Shown here: positions 1-11,838 of the stretch, in pieces
Layout: every line of letters starts with the position of its first letter
Numbering within the stretch: position 1 is the first letter of the stretch
From: Mustelus asterias
Taxonomy: Eukaryota
Assembly: GCF_964213995.1 (NCBI RefSeq)
Contig: NC_135809.1
Coordinates: 138,756,001 to 138,820,000 of the forward strand
Direction: 5' to 3'
Length of the DNA stretch: 64,000 nt
Notes under the pieces: generated by a model
Seen by the model: the letters and a program-made list of their open reading frames with translations, nothing else
Databases searched by the model: none
What the model was told of the DNA's origin: nothing
Translations under genes and position numbers: made by a program

Positions 1-570
1 AATAGACTCTGCCTGTAGGAGGCATACCTAAATCAGCAAAGCTCTACATGTTTTGTCAACACAAATGCTGAATAAGCAGCTTTAGAGGCAGCTTGTCCTG
101 GGATAAGAGAGTGGAAAGTTTCAATCAGCAAGAAACCGATGAAACAGCCCATTTGGCAAGACGATTGGAACTCTGGCACTCAGCTTCCTTTGTGACTTGC
201 ACTTTCCCACATTGTTTCATTTCAGGTTTACAATGTTTGAACATCACATTGTCAGAAAAATACAATTATAAAGGTGAATAGAAAAGCATAACTTCACATT
301 TTTCTACAGTCTTCATGAAGTACACCAAATGTTATTTAATTTATAAATATATTTGACATACTGCTAAGATAAAGTACAATAACTAATATATTCTGTGCGA
401 AACAAGACAGAAGAAATGCTCTCTGTTCACTCGACCATAAACATGTTAGCAACTGTGCTTTGGTTAGCGCAAACAGGAAACATTTGCTACAAGTAACACC
501 TGGGTGTCCACCGGCTGGCATGGACAAGATGGGCTGAATGGCCTCCTTCTGTGCTGTAACTTTTCTAGCA

Positions 571-2182
571 CAGTCTAGATAAGGAGGATGTGCAGGATAT
601 TCTGGAGGGTCTGAAAATAGATAAATCCCCTGGTCCGGATGGGATTTATCCAAGGATTCTCTGGGAGGCAAGAGAAGTGATTGCAGAGCCTCTGGCTCTG
701 ATCTTCAGGTCGTCGTTGGCCTCTGGTATAGTACCAGAAGATTGGAGGTTAGCGAATGTTGTCCCATTGTTTAAGAAGGGGAACAGAGACTTCCCCGGGA
801 ATTATAGACCGGTGAGTCTCACTTCTGTTGTCGGCAAGATGTTGGAAAAAATTATAAGGGATAGGATTTATAGTTATTTGGAGAGTAATGAATTGATAGG
901 TGATAGTCAGCATGGTTTTGTGGCAGGTAGGTCGTGCCTTACTAACCTTATTGAGTTTTTTGAGAAAGTGACCAAGGAGGTGGATGGGGGCAAGGCAGTG
1001 GACGTGGTATATATGGATTTTAGTAAGGCGTTTGATAAGGTTCACCATGGTAGGCTTCTGCAGAAAATGCAGATGTATGGGATTGGGGGTGATCTAGGAA
1101 ATTGGATCAGGAATTGGCTAGCGGATAGGAAACAGAGGGTGGTGGTTGATAGTAAATATTCATCATGGAGTGCGGTTACAAGTGGTGTACCTCAGGGATC
1201 TGTTTTGGGGCCACTGCTGTTTGTAATATTTATTAATGATCTGGATGAGGGTATAGTTGGGTGGATTAGCAAATTTGCTGATGACACCAAAGTCGGTGGT
1301 GTGGTAGACAGTGAGGAAGGGTGTCGTAGTTTGCAGGAAGACTTAGACAGGTTGCAAAGTTGGGCCGAGAGGTGGCGGATGGAGTTTAATGCGGAGAAGT
1401 GTGAGGTAATTCACTTTGGTAGGAATAACAGATGTGTTGAGTATAGGGCTAACGGGAGGACTTTGAATAGTGTGGAGGAGCAGAGGGATCTAGGTGTATG
1501 TGTGCATAGATCCCTGAAAGTTGGGAATCAAGTAGATAAGGTTGTTAAGAAGGCATATGGTGTCTTGGCGTTTATTGGTAGGGGGATTGAATTTAGGAGT
1601 CGTAGCGTTATGTTGCAACTGTACACAACTCTGGTGCGGCCGCACTTGGAGTACTGTGTGCAGTTCTGGTCCCCACATTACAGGAAGGATGTGGAGGCTT
1701 TGGAGAGGGTGCAGAGGAGGTTTACCAGGATGTTGCCTGGTATGGAGGGGAGATCCTATGAGGAGAGGCTGAGGGATTTGGGATTGTTTTCGCTGGAAAG
1801 GCGGCGGCTAAGAGGGGATCTTATTGAAACATATAAGATGATTAGAGGTTTAGATAGGGTGGATAGTGATAGCCTTTTTCCTCTGATGGAGAAATCCAGC
1901 ACGAGGGGGCATGGCTTTAAATTGAGGGGGGGTAGTTATAGAACCGATGTCAGGGGTAGGTTCTTTACCCAGAGGGTGGTGAGGGATTGGAATGCCCTGC
2001 CAGCATCAGTAGTAAATGCGCCTAGTTTGGGGGCGTTTAAGAGATCCGTAGATAGGTTCATGGACGAAAAGAAATTGGTTTAGGTTGGAGGGTCACAGTT
2101 TTTTTTTTTAACTGGTCGGTGCAACATCGTGGGCCGAAGGGCCTGTTCTGCGCTGTAATGTTCTATGTTCTATGTTCTATAT
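571..2182 (+). mobile_element. 5'-truncated CR1-clade LINE with uninterrupted RT ORF (590-2083)
   Basis: [32 protein letters not shown] and FADD motifs; (TTCTATG)n tail. Confidence 0.95.
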
Positions 2183-2951
2183 AACAGAAATTGAAGTGTC
2201 ACAAAGTGTGAACACAGAGGTAACAGTGTTCCACCTGGACTGCCACCCGGGTCTGTTGGCATGGTTTCACTGGGGGTGGGTGGGGAGGGTCCATGTCTAT
2301 TGGTGGAGTGAGAGGTTCCATGTCCGTTGGGGGGTTCTGTGTCCATGAGGAGCTCCTCTTTTTTTGTCCTGCTCTTGTGGACAGGGCATATTTAGGCAAT
2401 TTTCTACGTTTTCAGGTAGATGCCAGAGTTATTGATGTGCTGGGTGAATATTTCAAGTTTAAGTCTAGTCTTGATCTCCCTTTTAAAATGAACTACCATC
2501 TTTTCAGTTTCTAGAAGCTTTTAACAGGAACATGCAATTCTTACCTCAGTTATGATAAGGTTTTTTAGTGAACTATGTTTGAAGTAAGAGTACCACCTCC
2601 CTGTGATCTTGAGATCACTCACTCATAATGGAAGCTGAAATGTGACTTTTTTTGCCAAGTATAAATACAGGTTCGACCAAAACAGTTTAAAATATAACCG
2701 CAATCTCCTAGTCAGCCTGATTCTCCCCGTATCAATGTTTAGTTATTCTACAAATAAGTATTCTGCTTCCTTCCTTTTACATTGAAATATCAGACTGCTT
2801 AAAGCAAAAAAGACAATGATTGCACTTGGAATGAATACCTTAACTCTTCCAGCTATCATCAAGCCCACCAATTCTTCAATTGACAATCAATTCTTCACCA
2901 TAAATAGAACTAAACATTTTTAAAAAGATCTATGGAAGATCCTGGGGTTTT

Positions 2952-3530
2952 GAGTCATACAGTCATAGAGGTTTGCAGCACGGAAACAGGCCCTTCGGCC
3001 CAACTTGTCCATGCCGCCCAGTTTTTACCACTAAGCTAGTCCCAATTGCCTGCATATGGCCCACATCCCTCTATACCCATTTTATCCATGTAACTGTCTA
3101 AATGCTTTTTAAAAGATAAAATTGTACCCGCCTCTACTACTACATCTGGCAGCTCAATCCAGACACTCACCACCCTGTGTGTGAAAAAACTGCCACTCTG
3201 GACACTTTTGTATCTCTCCTCTCTCACCTTAAACCTATGCCCTCTAGTTTTAGACTCCCCGACCTTTGGGAAAAGATATTGACTATCTAGCTGATCTGTG
3301 CCCCTCATTATTTTATAGACCTCTATAAGATCACCCCTAAACCTCCGACTCTCCAGGGAAAAACGTCCCTGTCTATCCAGCCTCTCCTTATAACTCAAAC
3401 CATCAAATCCCCGCAGCATTCTAGTAAATCTTTTCTGCACTCTTTCTAGTTTAATAGTATCCTTGAGTCGCAGAGGTTTACAACATGGAAACAAGAGGTT
3501 TACAGCTCACATTTGAAGAGTATGTGGGCA
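2952..3530 (-). mobile_element. CR1 LINE 3' fragment
   Basis: LERVQKRFTRM..FFTHRVV..W motif and CR1 tail. Confidence 0.9.
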
Positions 3531-3811
3531 GACCCACTGAAGCTGCAATCTGTATCATTATGAAGGATGCGACATATGCAAATATTGTTACAAGTTTTAA
3601 TCTCAGAAGAGTGTTTTGGTAAACCTAAATCAGCCATAAGTGTGAAAGTGTAACTGTCCTTTCAGGAGCCTCCATGGTAAGTCTGAGCTTCCTCATACAT
3701 TCCTCATGAATACCAAAGTATTGCCTTTCTGCATAAAAAATCTAAAGTTATTGTACTCAACGAAATTGAATGGAAACTTATAAATGCCACTCTTTTTTGC
3801 TTCAAGTTTTT

Positions 3812-4425
3812 AGGTGTCCAGATCACCAACAACCTGTCCTGGTCCCCCCATGCCGACACTACAGTTAAGAAAGCCCACCAACGCCTCTACTTTCTCAGAA
3901 GATGAAGGAAATTTGGCATGTCAGCTACGACTCTCACTAACTTTTACAGATGCATCATACAAAGCATTCTTTCTGGTTGTATCACAGCTTGGTATGGTTC
4001 CTGCTCTGCCCAAGGCTACAAGGAACTACAAAAGGTCGTTAATGTAGCCCAATCCATCACTCAAACCAGCCTCCCATCCATTAACTCCGTCTACACTTCC
4101 CGCTGCCTCGGCAAAGCAGCCAGCATAACTAAGGTTCCCACACACTCCGGACATTCTCTCTTTCACCTTTTTCCGTCAGGAAACAGATACAAAAGTCTGA
4201 GGTCACGTTCCAACCGACTCAAGAACAGCTTCTTCCCTGCTGCTTTCAGACTTTTAAATGGACTTACCTTACATTAAGTTGATCTTTCTCTACACCTGTA
4301 ACACTACATTCTGCACTCTCTCATTTCCTTCTCTATGAGCGGTATGTTTTGTCTGTATAGTGCGCAAGAAATAATACTTTTCACTGTATGTTAATACATG
4401 TGACAATAATAAATCAAATCAAATC
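3812..4425 (+). mobile_element. Rex1/L2-type LINE 3' fragment
   Basis: FYRCIIQSILSGCITAWYG..RLKNSFFP; tail tgtgacaataataaa(tcaaa)n. Confidence 0.75.
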
Positions 4426-4438
4426 TTTCCAAACTTGC

Positions 4439-4578
4439 CTCTTGGTCATTCTTAGGTGATTTTCCTCCTTCCTGTACTGAATTTTCTGACAATTCCCTCT
4501 GAGCGAGTTTGTATTCATCATAACCTTCTGCTTTGGTGCCAAGTTCAGGAGGCAACACCTTCTGCTTCTCCAGATTCT
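4439..4578 (-). CDS. IFTAP: IFTAP second coding exon
   Basis: Acceptor cactttctttcAG at 4580-4579. Continues in frame from the phase-1 donor (LRK-E-NLEKQKVLPPELG...KNDQE) and ends at GAG|GCAAGT, a GC donor in phase 0. Later exons were not found and probably lie left of the window. Confidence 0.65.
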
Positions 4579-5571
4579 CTGAAAGAAAGTGCAAGCTCAT
4601 CACTCCATTTACACAGGTAACCATTAGTGATACTCTTGTTTACAAATTAACTCCAGAAAGCGGGGTACGAACTTGCAACCAGAAGCCGCAGAGCATCTTT
4701 CACTGAACGACACATCTAAAGAGTATGTGGGCAGACCGCAGGATTTGGATCATTATGAAGGACATGTTTTTCAAACAGCAATTGTTTTCAAATTCAAACA
4801 GTAACGTTTAGAAAATACAAGAGGAGTGCTGAAAGTTGTTCTGCAATATAGGGCAAATCCTGTAATCTTTTCGAAATAAACCCAAGAGGTAACCACAAGT
4901 AGAATGTCCTTTGATTTTAGCTGGAGGCTCTCTCTTGTTGGTCATAGCAGTACAAAATTAACTCAAATAACCACTTCCAGAATTATTGCCATATAACAGG
5001 CTATAAAACTACAAACTTTCTTAGAATACAGGATTTTGTGGTCTTTGATGTATTCCAAATAATAAGGCCATGATTTCGCAGTCCTGTTGATAGTGGGCAC
5101 AATTAGTGTAATGGCCACTAAATCTCGCCGGTGGGACAGGAAGATTAAATAAAATATTATTTAATTAAATAATTCACTTGAATTAATTAATGTGTAATTA
5201 AATTTCTACATATTTCAATACATTAACATGTAGTTACCAGGCTGATGCTGTAATGTCCACCCACAATGTATCTGCCATCCCAGTCAGTGTGATTCCTGCA
5301 CTCAATTCACACATGGAAGCCAGTGGTGATGTCCAAGCTGGGGACGCACAGGTAAGTATAGCCCGGGGTGGTGAGGGACAAGTCGGAGATCAGGGCCCCA
5401 ATCTCAGTGTTCCTGGCTTTGTCTCCTTCTGCTGCTGGCGGTGTGAATCTTGTTTCCCCTTTTAAAAAGCAATACAGCGAGAAAACAGTGTGAAGCTCAC
5501 AGGCTCCACAGGCAGCTTTTCTCACCTGAGACAACACACTGCATTTTTTGGGAAGATTCTGCCCTAACAGC

Positions 5572-5905
5572 GAGGTGTTGGCAGTGCAGTGGTATTCTCA
5601 CTGGACTAGTAATCCAGAGACCAGGGTAATGCTCTGGGAGCCCAGGTTCAAATCCCAACACGGCAGATGGTGAAATTTGAATTCAATAAAATTCTGGAAA
5701 CCATGACCGCTTGCTGTAAAAACCCATCTGGCAGGTAGGTTAAAGTCCTTTAGGGAAGGAAATATGCTATGCTGGTTTGGCCACATTTGACTCCAGAGCC
5801 TCAGTAATGTGGTTGACTCTTAACTGCCTCTGAAGGGTAAGTTGGGACAGGCAATAAGTTCTGGCCAAGCCAGCAACACCCACATCCGATGAATAAAAAA
5901 AACCA
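5572..5905 (+). mobile_element. tRNA-headed Deu-domain SINE (SacSINE1-like); further copies at about 9320-9680 (-), 31140-31440 (-), 50810-50960 (+) and 58000-58370 (+)
   Basis: B box GGTTCAAATCC; shared core gtcctttagggaaggaaatc..gactccagagcc..atgtggttgactct in all copies. Confidence 0.75.
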
Positions 5906-6119
5906 CTGAACACATAATACATGCTTTAAAAATCTTACATTTATATACGCCTCCTTTTTACAAAACACCCTGCGTGTTGTATCATTTTTGGTACTTTTTC
6001 TGTCAACTGCTTCCATTAAAATTCCTATTTATAATGGAAACTGTGTATATAAATTTGTCACAGTATAATCACACTTTACAGTTTCAGTTATGAGCTTTCC
6101 ATAGAAATGCTATGGTGCA

Positions 6120-7205
6120 GAAACATAAGAACGTAAGAACAGGAGCAGGAGGAGGCCATTCAGCCCCTTGAACCTGCTCCTCCATTCAATACCATCATGG
6201 CTGATCTCATCTCAGACTCAACTCCACTTTCCTGCCTGTTCACCGTAACCCCTCAAACCCATTATTAATTAAAAATCTATCCACTTCTTCCTTAAGTTAA
6301 TGATGTGGAGATGCCGGCATCCACCGCACTTTGCCGTAGTGAATTCCACAGATTCACGACTCTTTGGGAGAAGTCGTTTCTCCTCATTTCTGTTTTAAAT
6401 CTGCCACCCCTTCGCCTAAAACTACAACCTCTCGTTCTGGATTGCACCACAAGAGGAAACATCCTCTCCACGTCTACTTTGTCAATCCTCATTATCATCT
6501 TGTACACTCCAATCAGATTTCCTCTCATTCTTCTAAACTTCAGGGAGTATCGGCCTGAACTGCCCAATCTCTCTTCGTAAGACAAACCCCTCACCTCTGG
6601 AATCAATCTAGCGAACCTCCTCTGAACTGTCTCCAATGCAACTCATTCCTCCTCAAGTAAGGGGACCAAGACTATACATAATATTCTAAATGCGGTCTCA
6701 CTAATGTTTTGTACAGTAGCAGCAATACCTCACTACTTTTATATTCTATTCCTTTACCATAAATGTCAAAATTCCAATTGCTTTCATTATTACCTGCAGT
6801 ACCTGCATACCAGTTTTCTGCAACTCATGCACAAGGACACCCAGATCCCTCTGCACTGAAGCATTCCAAAGTTTCTCTCCATTTAGATAATACGTTGCCT
6901 TGTTATTTTTCTGACCAAAATGGATAACCTCATATTAATGGATAACCACATTAAATGGATAATGGATAACCACATTAAACTCTATCTGCCACATTTTGCC
7001 CCATTCACTTAACCTATCCATATCCATTTATAAACTTCTGATTTCATTATCGCAACTTATTATCCCACCTATTTCAGTGTCATCTGCAAATTTCGCTCTG
7101 GTGCCTACTATCCCTGTATCCAACTCATTAATATCAAGCATAAATAGTTGGGGCCCAAGGGGCGAACCCTGTGGCAGCCCACTGGTTACATCTTGCCATT
7201 CAGCC
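6120..7205 (-). mobile_element. Degenerate CR1 LINE
   Basis: PQGSPLGP, FADD and VQRRFARLIP fragments with frameshifts. Confidence 0.9.
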
Positions 7206-7639
7206 ATTGGGCGGGATTTTATAGCCTTGCTCTGGCGAGATCGTAAAATCCCATCCGAGGCCAACGGAGATTTCCATTCTGGGAACCTTGTCCGCCCCGG
7301 GGCGGTAGAGTTTCACCCACCGTGTCCGCACTGGCCTAAAAAAAGCTGCTTATTTTAATTCCACGTTCCAGCACCTGGTCCATAGCCTGGCAGTTTCCAG
7401 CATTTCAGACACAGAGACAGATATTATTATTTGGCATTGCCTGAACCACAGATTAGAAGGTTTCAGCCTCAACTACCAACTTTGTGGCAGCGAATTCCAG
7501 ATGCCCACCCTCTGAATGAAAAAGTTTATCCTCATGTCCCTTCCAATCCTTCCACCAACCTCCCTAAATCAATGCCCCCTGGTAGTTGACCCCCAGCTAG
7601 GGAGAAACAGGTCTTTCCTGTCCAGGATTTTCCATTTCT

Positions 7640-8890
7640 CTTTAAATCCAGCTGCTCTGATTGAGAGGCAATCTGTTTACACAGAGTAGAACCTGTCCAT
7701 GAATGAATGGAAATGTTTCAGTCCACTAACTCCTGTCACCGAAACGCCTACTGCAACTTGTAATCTGTGGCTCAGGCAATGCCAAACAATAATATCTGGG
7801 TATTGTTCAGATGTTTGTGAGCTATACCTGATTTGGTGCCCAGTATAACTCGCTCCATCACCAGAAAACCCTACAAGATGCTGCTTCAGGTAGGAGTCAT
7901 CAAAACCATGTTTCTTGAGATAATGAAGACGATATTTGGGCGGCACGGTGGCACAGTGGTTAGCACTGCTGCCTCACAGCGCCAGGGACCTGCGTTCAAT
8001 TCCTGGCTTGAGTCACTGTCTGTGTGGAGTTTGCACATTCCCCCCATGTCTCCGTGGGTTTCCTCCGGGTGCTCCGGTTTCCGATGTGCGGGTTAGGTGG
8101 ATTGGCCATGCTAAATTGCCTCTTAGTGTCAGAGGGATTACTAGAGTAAATACATGGGGTTATGGGGATAGGGCCTGGGTGGGATTGTGGTCTGCACTGT
8201 AGGGATTCTATGATTCTATGAATATTAAACAATTGGATCAGCTTTTTGATCTGGAACTTCAATCCGTTTTAAAAATGAAGTGTGGACCATCCTTTTTATC
8301 ACTTTCACGTTTCAGGTAAACTCCAAGAGTAGTTTTGTTACTTAGGCTGATGCATTCATGAATAAGAATCATCATTTTGGATATGCTGGCAAATGTTCTT
8401 CCCCATCTGGGTAGCTACATGGTCAGTAATTTCTGCAGCACTGAAGCTGAAATGCAATCCAATTCCTGTGTCAACACCATTGTAACCTTGAAGTCCCAGC
8501 AAGGCTAAGTGTTCAGAGTAAGAGGTGTTGTTCTGAGCCAGGTAGTATCCAGAACAGAAAGCTGCACAAGATGCCTCTAAATGAGATGCATTCAAACTGT
8601 CACAAATCTTTCCAAGAATGCCTTCCTCTGCTTTTCCAGTGACTCGCTGCGCTATGGTCTGGGTTTTCAGCAGTTTGGATTCTACAGTTGTTTTTTTGAG
8701 AAATTTTAAACATGCACTTTGGTTGGAGCTATTGTCTGATGCTTGGTACAATCACCAATCCTTTCGACATGAAAGTAATAAGCACCAATATTTGCACACA
8801 CTTTACCCCCAAGTTTTTCATTTTATAATCTGAACAGGAATGTGTCTCTTTATTCCTCTTCCACATTTCCTTTGTTCATGTGTCCACACA
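7640..8890 (-). mobile_element. hAT-superfamily transposase fossil (KIAA1586/ZNF862-like), interrupted by a SINE
   Basis: GDGAS and WHCLSHRLQVAV (CxxH motif) in 7677-7946, plus YYLAQNN in 8356-8751; stops and frameshifts. Confidence 0.65.
7938..8221 (+). mobile_element. HE1-type V-SINE with CR1-like tail; similar copies at about 13998-14311, 14473-14670, 16305-16631, 29140-29470, 46781-47180, 48610-48778, 49920-50090, 55878-56148 and 59385-59575
   Basis: A box TGGCACAGTGG, B box GTTCAATTC, V-domain tgcgtgggtttcctccgggtgctccggtttcc, tail (attctatg)n. Confidence 0.9.
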
Positions 8891-9991
8891 GGGATACAGA
8901 TTTGCCAATGTAACACGCTCAGTTTCAGATGTACAGCACAGCCCTGTCTGCTCCCCATCAAAGCCCTGTGGGGGAATTTCCAACTTGTCTTCCCGCTGGT
9001 GGATATCTGACTTTTGCATTCCAGCCCATCACAAATCCTGCTGCTGGGGGGAGAAGAAAACTCCACCCATCATCCTCGAAGCAGAATCCGCTCACAACAC
9101 CCTCCCCAGAGTGAATCCATCACCATTGGGAGCTTGCACTAATTCTACTCATTTATGGGCACAAGGACATTAATAGGTACATTTGACAAGATTTCAAATT
9201 AACTTTTCATTTCATGGACTCGCCGATTTAACTGAGAAATAGTTTTACAGTATGTTTGAAAATGTTTCGCCATTTTAAATCAGTTTAGCCAAGTGGTGAA
9301 TGGGCACTGATTTTAAATGATTCATTCCTGGGACATGGGCGTCGCTGGCTGGCCAGCATTTATTGCCCATCCCTAGTTGCCCTTGGAGGGCAGTTGAGAG
9401 TCAACCACATTGTTGTGGCTCTGGAATCACATGTGGGCCAGACCAGGTAAGGACGGCAGATTTCCTTCCCTAAAGGACATTAGTGAACCAGGTGGGTTTT
9501 TCCGACAATTGACAATGGTTTCAGGATCATCAGTAGATTCTTAATCCCAGATTTTATTTTAATTTAATTCAAATTCCACCATCTGCCGTGGCAGGGTTCG
9601 AACCCAGGTCCCCAGAACATTAGCTGAGTTTCTAGACTAATAATCTAATGATAATACCACTAGGCCATCACCTCTCCATTATGACATGCCCCATTTTCAG
9701 CTAATTTAATCAACTTTTAAAATATATCAGGGATTAACTTCTAAGGCAATTTTTAAAATTAAGTTTTATTATGCTGTCTAATTATGCAAATTCATTGCAG
9801 ATTTTACATTGGTGACATGCAAATAGGATTGAGCGGATCCTGGGGGCGGGGGGAGAAGGGACACCTTTCAAAACAAGTGCAATTTTACATTATTTGCAGT
9901 GGAATTATCAATGGTGCCAAAAGGAACAGCATCTCTTTATGGTTTCCTCATCATCATCATTTAAAATTCATCTTCTGACAAAGCTGCTTAC

Positions 9992-10139
9992 CTTTTCTCA
10001 GGTACATAAATGATTCCAGGAATTCAGCATACGTTTGCTCATGGCTGCTACAAAACCTTTCCAAAACATCAAAGGCTATTCCTCCTTCCTGCTTAGGTTG
10101 TGATCCCAACGCAACAGGCATATCGAATACAGCAGACAT
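9992..10139 (-). CDS. IFTAP: IFTAP/NWC/C11orf74 first coding exon
   Basis: MSAVF...DVLERFCSSHEQTYAEFLESFMYLRK resembles the recalled IFTAP N-terminus ([25 protein letters not shown]). Acceptor ttttgtattctAG at 10146-10145; donor AAG|GTAAGC after 9992 (phase 1). Position and orientation relative to RAG2 match known synteny. Confidence 0.88.
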
Positions 10140-10889
10140 TTAACCTAGAATACAAAAGGAAGGTGGCAGTAGTTATTAAAAATATAACATGGGGGCCTGA
10201 ATATTTTGGTGATGGCACTCAACATTAACGTCAAAGAAGGTTGCCCACAAAGACCTAGTAATCCCTGTGGCAGGTAGTCCACCTTCCTGCCGTCAATTCT
10301 CGGGGAGTCTGGCTTCTGGCAGTGTCTAGCAATAGTGCTGACAGTGAACAGGTTAAGCAGCCAATCACGTTGAAGGATTCTCACCAACAGCTAACTGGGA
10401 AGTAACCAATTCTGATGTAAGGTCATTGGGCTGAAACATTAACTTGGTTTCTCTCCACAGATGCTGCCTGACCTGCTGAGTACTTCCAGCATGCTTTTAT
10501 TTCTCAACCAGGAAAAGAAATTGTACTGATTATCCTTGATTTTTTTGATCACTTCATGACAAAATAAAGACTAGGACGTACACTGGATTTAGAAACAAAG
10601 TGAAAAATCATAAACAAACTTTAAAACACAAAAGTTAAAAATCTATGTAATTTTTATCATAATGAATTCCATCTGCCAGGGCTTCAACAGCACCTTCTCT
10701 GGAGAAGCTGGGAGTCACTGACCACAACTTGAGAATTTCCATGGAAAATTGCAAATGGATGGTCACCAGAAGATTTTATCAGAAAAGTGAACATTTCCAA
10801 CACCATTTAAAGAGAGGCAGCACCTGTTAAAGGATCGGGGCACCTTGGCTGCAGACTAGAAAGGGCTAATTCCACTGCAAGGGCTCCAG

Positions 10890-11100
10890 GCAGAGTACCC
10901 CAGGCTGTCAGCTACCTCATTGGAGACCCTGGTGCAGACACTGGAGAGAAGAAGGGAGATCATTGTCTCTGCTTGGGGCAGGAAGTCCTCCAGACTACAC
11001 CTTTGCCACCAGTGCCACGAGGATGTTGATGAGGCCAATGCCAGGAACATATCTTCCAGGTAATGACTACAATGCTGGAAACAAAAATCAATAAAGTGTT
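10890..11100 (+). mobile_element. Harbinger Myb/SANT-like ORF fossil
   Basis: Translates as PRLSATSLETLVQTLERRREI..QCWKQK with stop codons. Confidence 0.4.
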
Positions 11101-11686
11101 GCCAAGCTAAGAATCCTGCTCTCTAATTCTCTGCTCACACCTCCAACAGCTTACACGCCAACTATTCAACCATGAAAAGCATTTTTTGAAAAAGCAACAG
11201 TAGGTGTAGGACCTTAATTTGAAAATTTTCTTCATTATCTTAATTAGTTCTGGCAGGTACCCTGGACAGGGCTGTCTAATCCAATGTGACCAGCACCCAG
11301 CACCACTCCTAGTTGATCATGATGCTGAGGCACCCACTCGGTGTCTAAATTACAGGCATGGTGCCTTCAAATTTCTTCGCCATTTTCTTTAGTCTAAAGT
11401 TTGGTGATAAGCAAGGACATATATGTGACTTTTTAAAAATTCACATGCTGTATAAATGCAGCTTAGTGGAAACTCAAGGTCTTGTTGAAACTGATTCCAG
11501 TAAGATTTTTATTGGGAATTGCGTGTCTTTTTACTGATATATTTATCATTCATCATTAAAGGTGATAAAATTGAACTGCTTAAAAATTTCTCGCATTTTA
11601 ACTGAGAAACCTTCAAAGTAAAATGGAACATAAAAACAAACTCCGAGTGAGGTGTTTCTGAAATGTAAAATGCTCTTTAACAATGA

Positions 11687-11838
11687 TGTGGAGATGTCGG
11701 CGTTGGACTGGGGTAAACACAGTAAGGAGTCTAACAACACCAGGTTAAAGTCCAACAGGTTTATTTGGTAGCAAACGCAACGTTTGCTACCAAATAAACC
11801 TGTTGGACTTTAACCTGGTGTTGTTAGACTCCTTACTG
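11687..11838. mobile_element. Penelope pLTR-end insertion forming a 59-bp perfect hairpin, with 13-bp TSD
   Basis: Matches the PLE terminus at 41300-41396. Arms at 11719-11777 and 11781-11839; TSD TCTTTAACAATGA at 11674-11686 and 11839-11851. Confidence 0.9.

Noticed and set aside
590-2083. Uninterrupted 497-aa reverse transcriptase as a host gene or autonomous element
   Set aside because: 5'-truncated CR1 without endonuclease domain, ORF1 or promoter; merely young.
2199-2640. Possible further IFTAP exon (donor-like AG|GTAAG near 2544; Pro-rich ORF)
   Set aside because: Candidate acceptors give stops in the required phase, and there is no similarity to recalled IFTAP motifs.
7938-8030. tRNA genes
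   Set aside because: A and B boxes belong to SINE heads; no complete cloverleaf.
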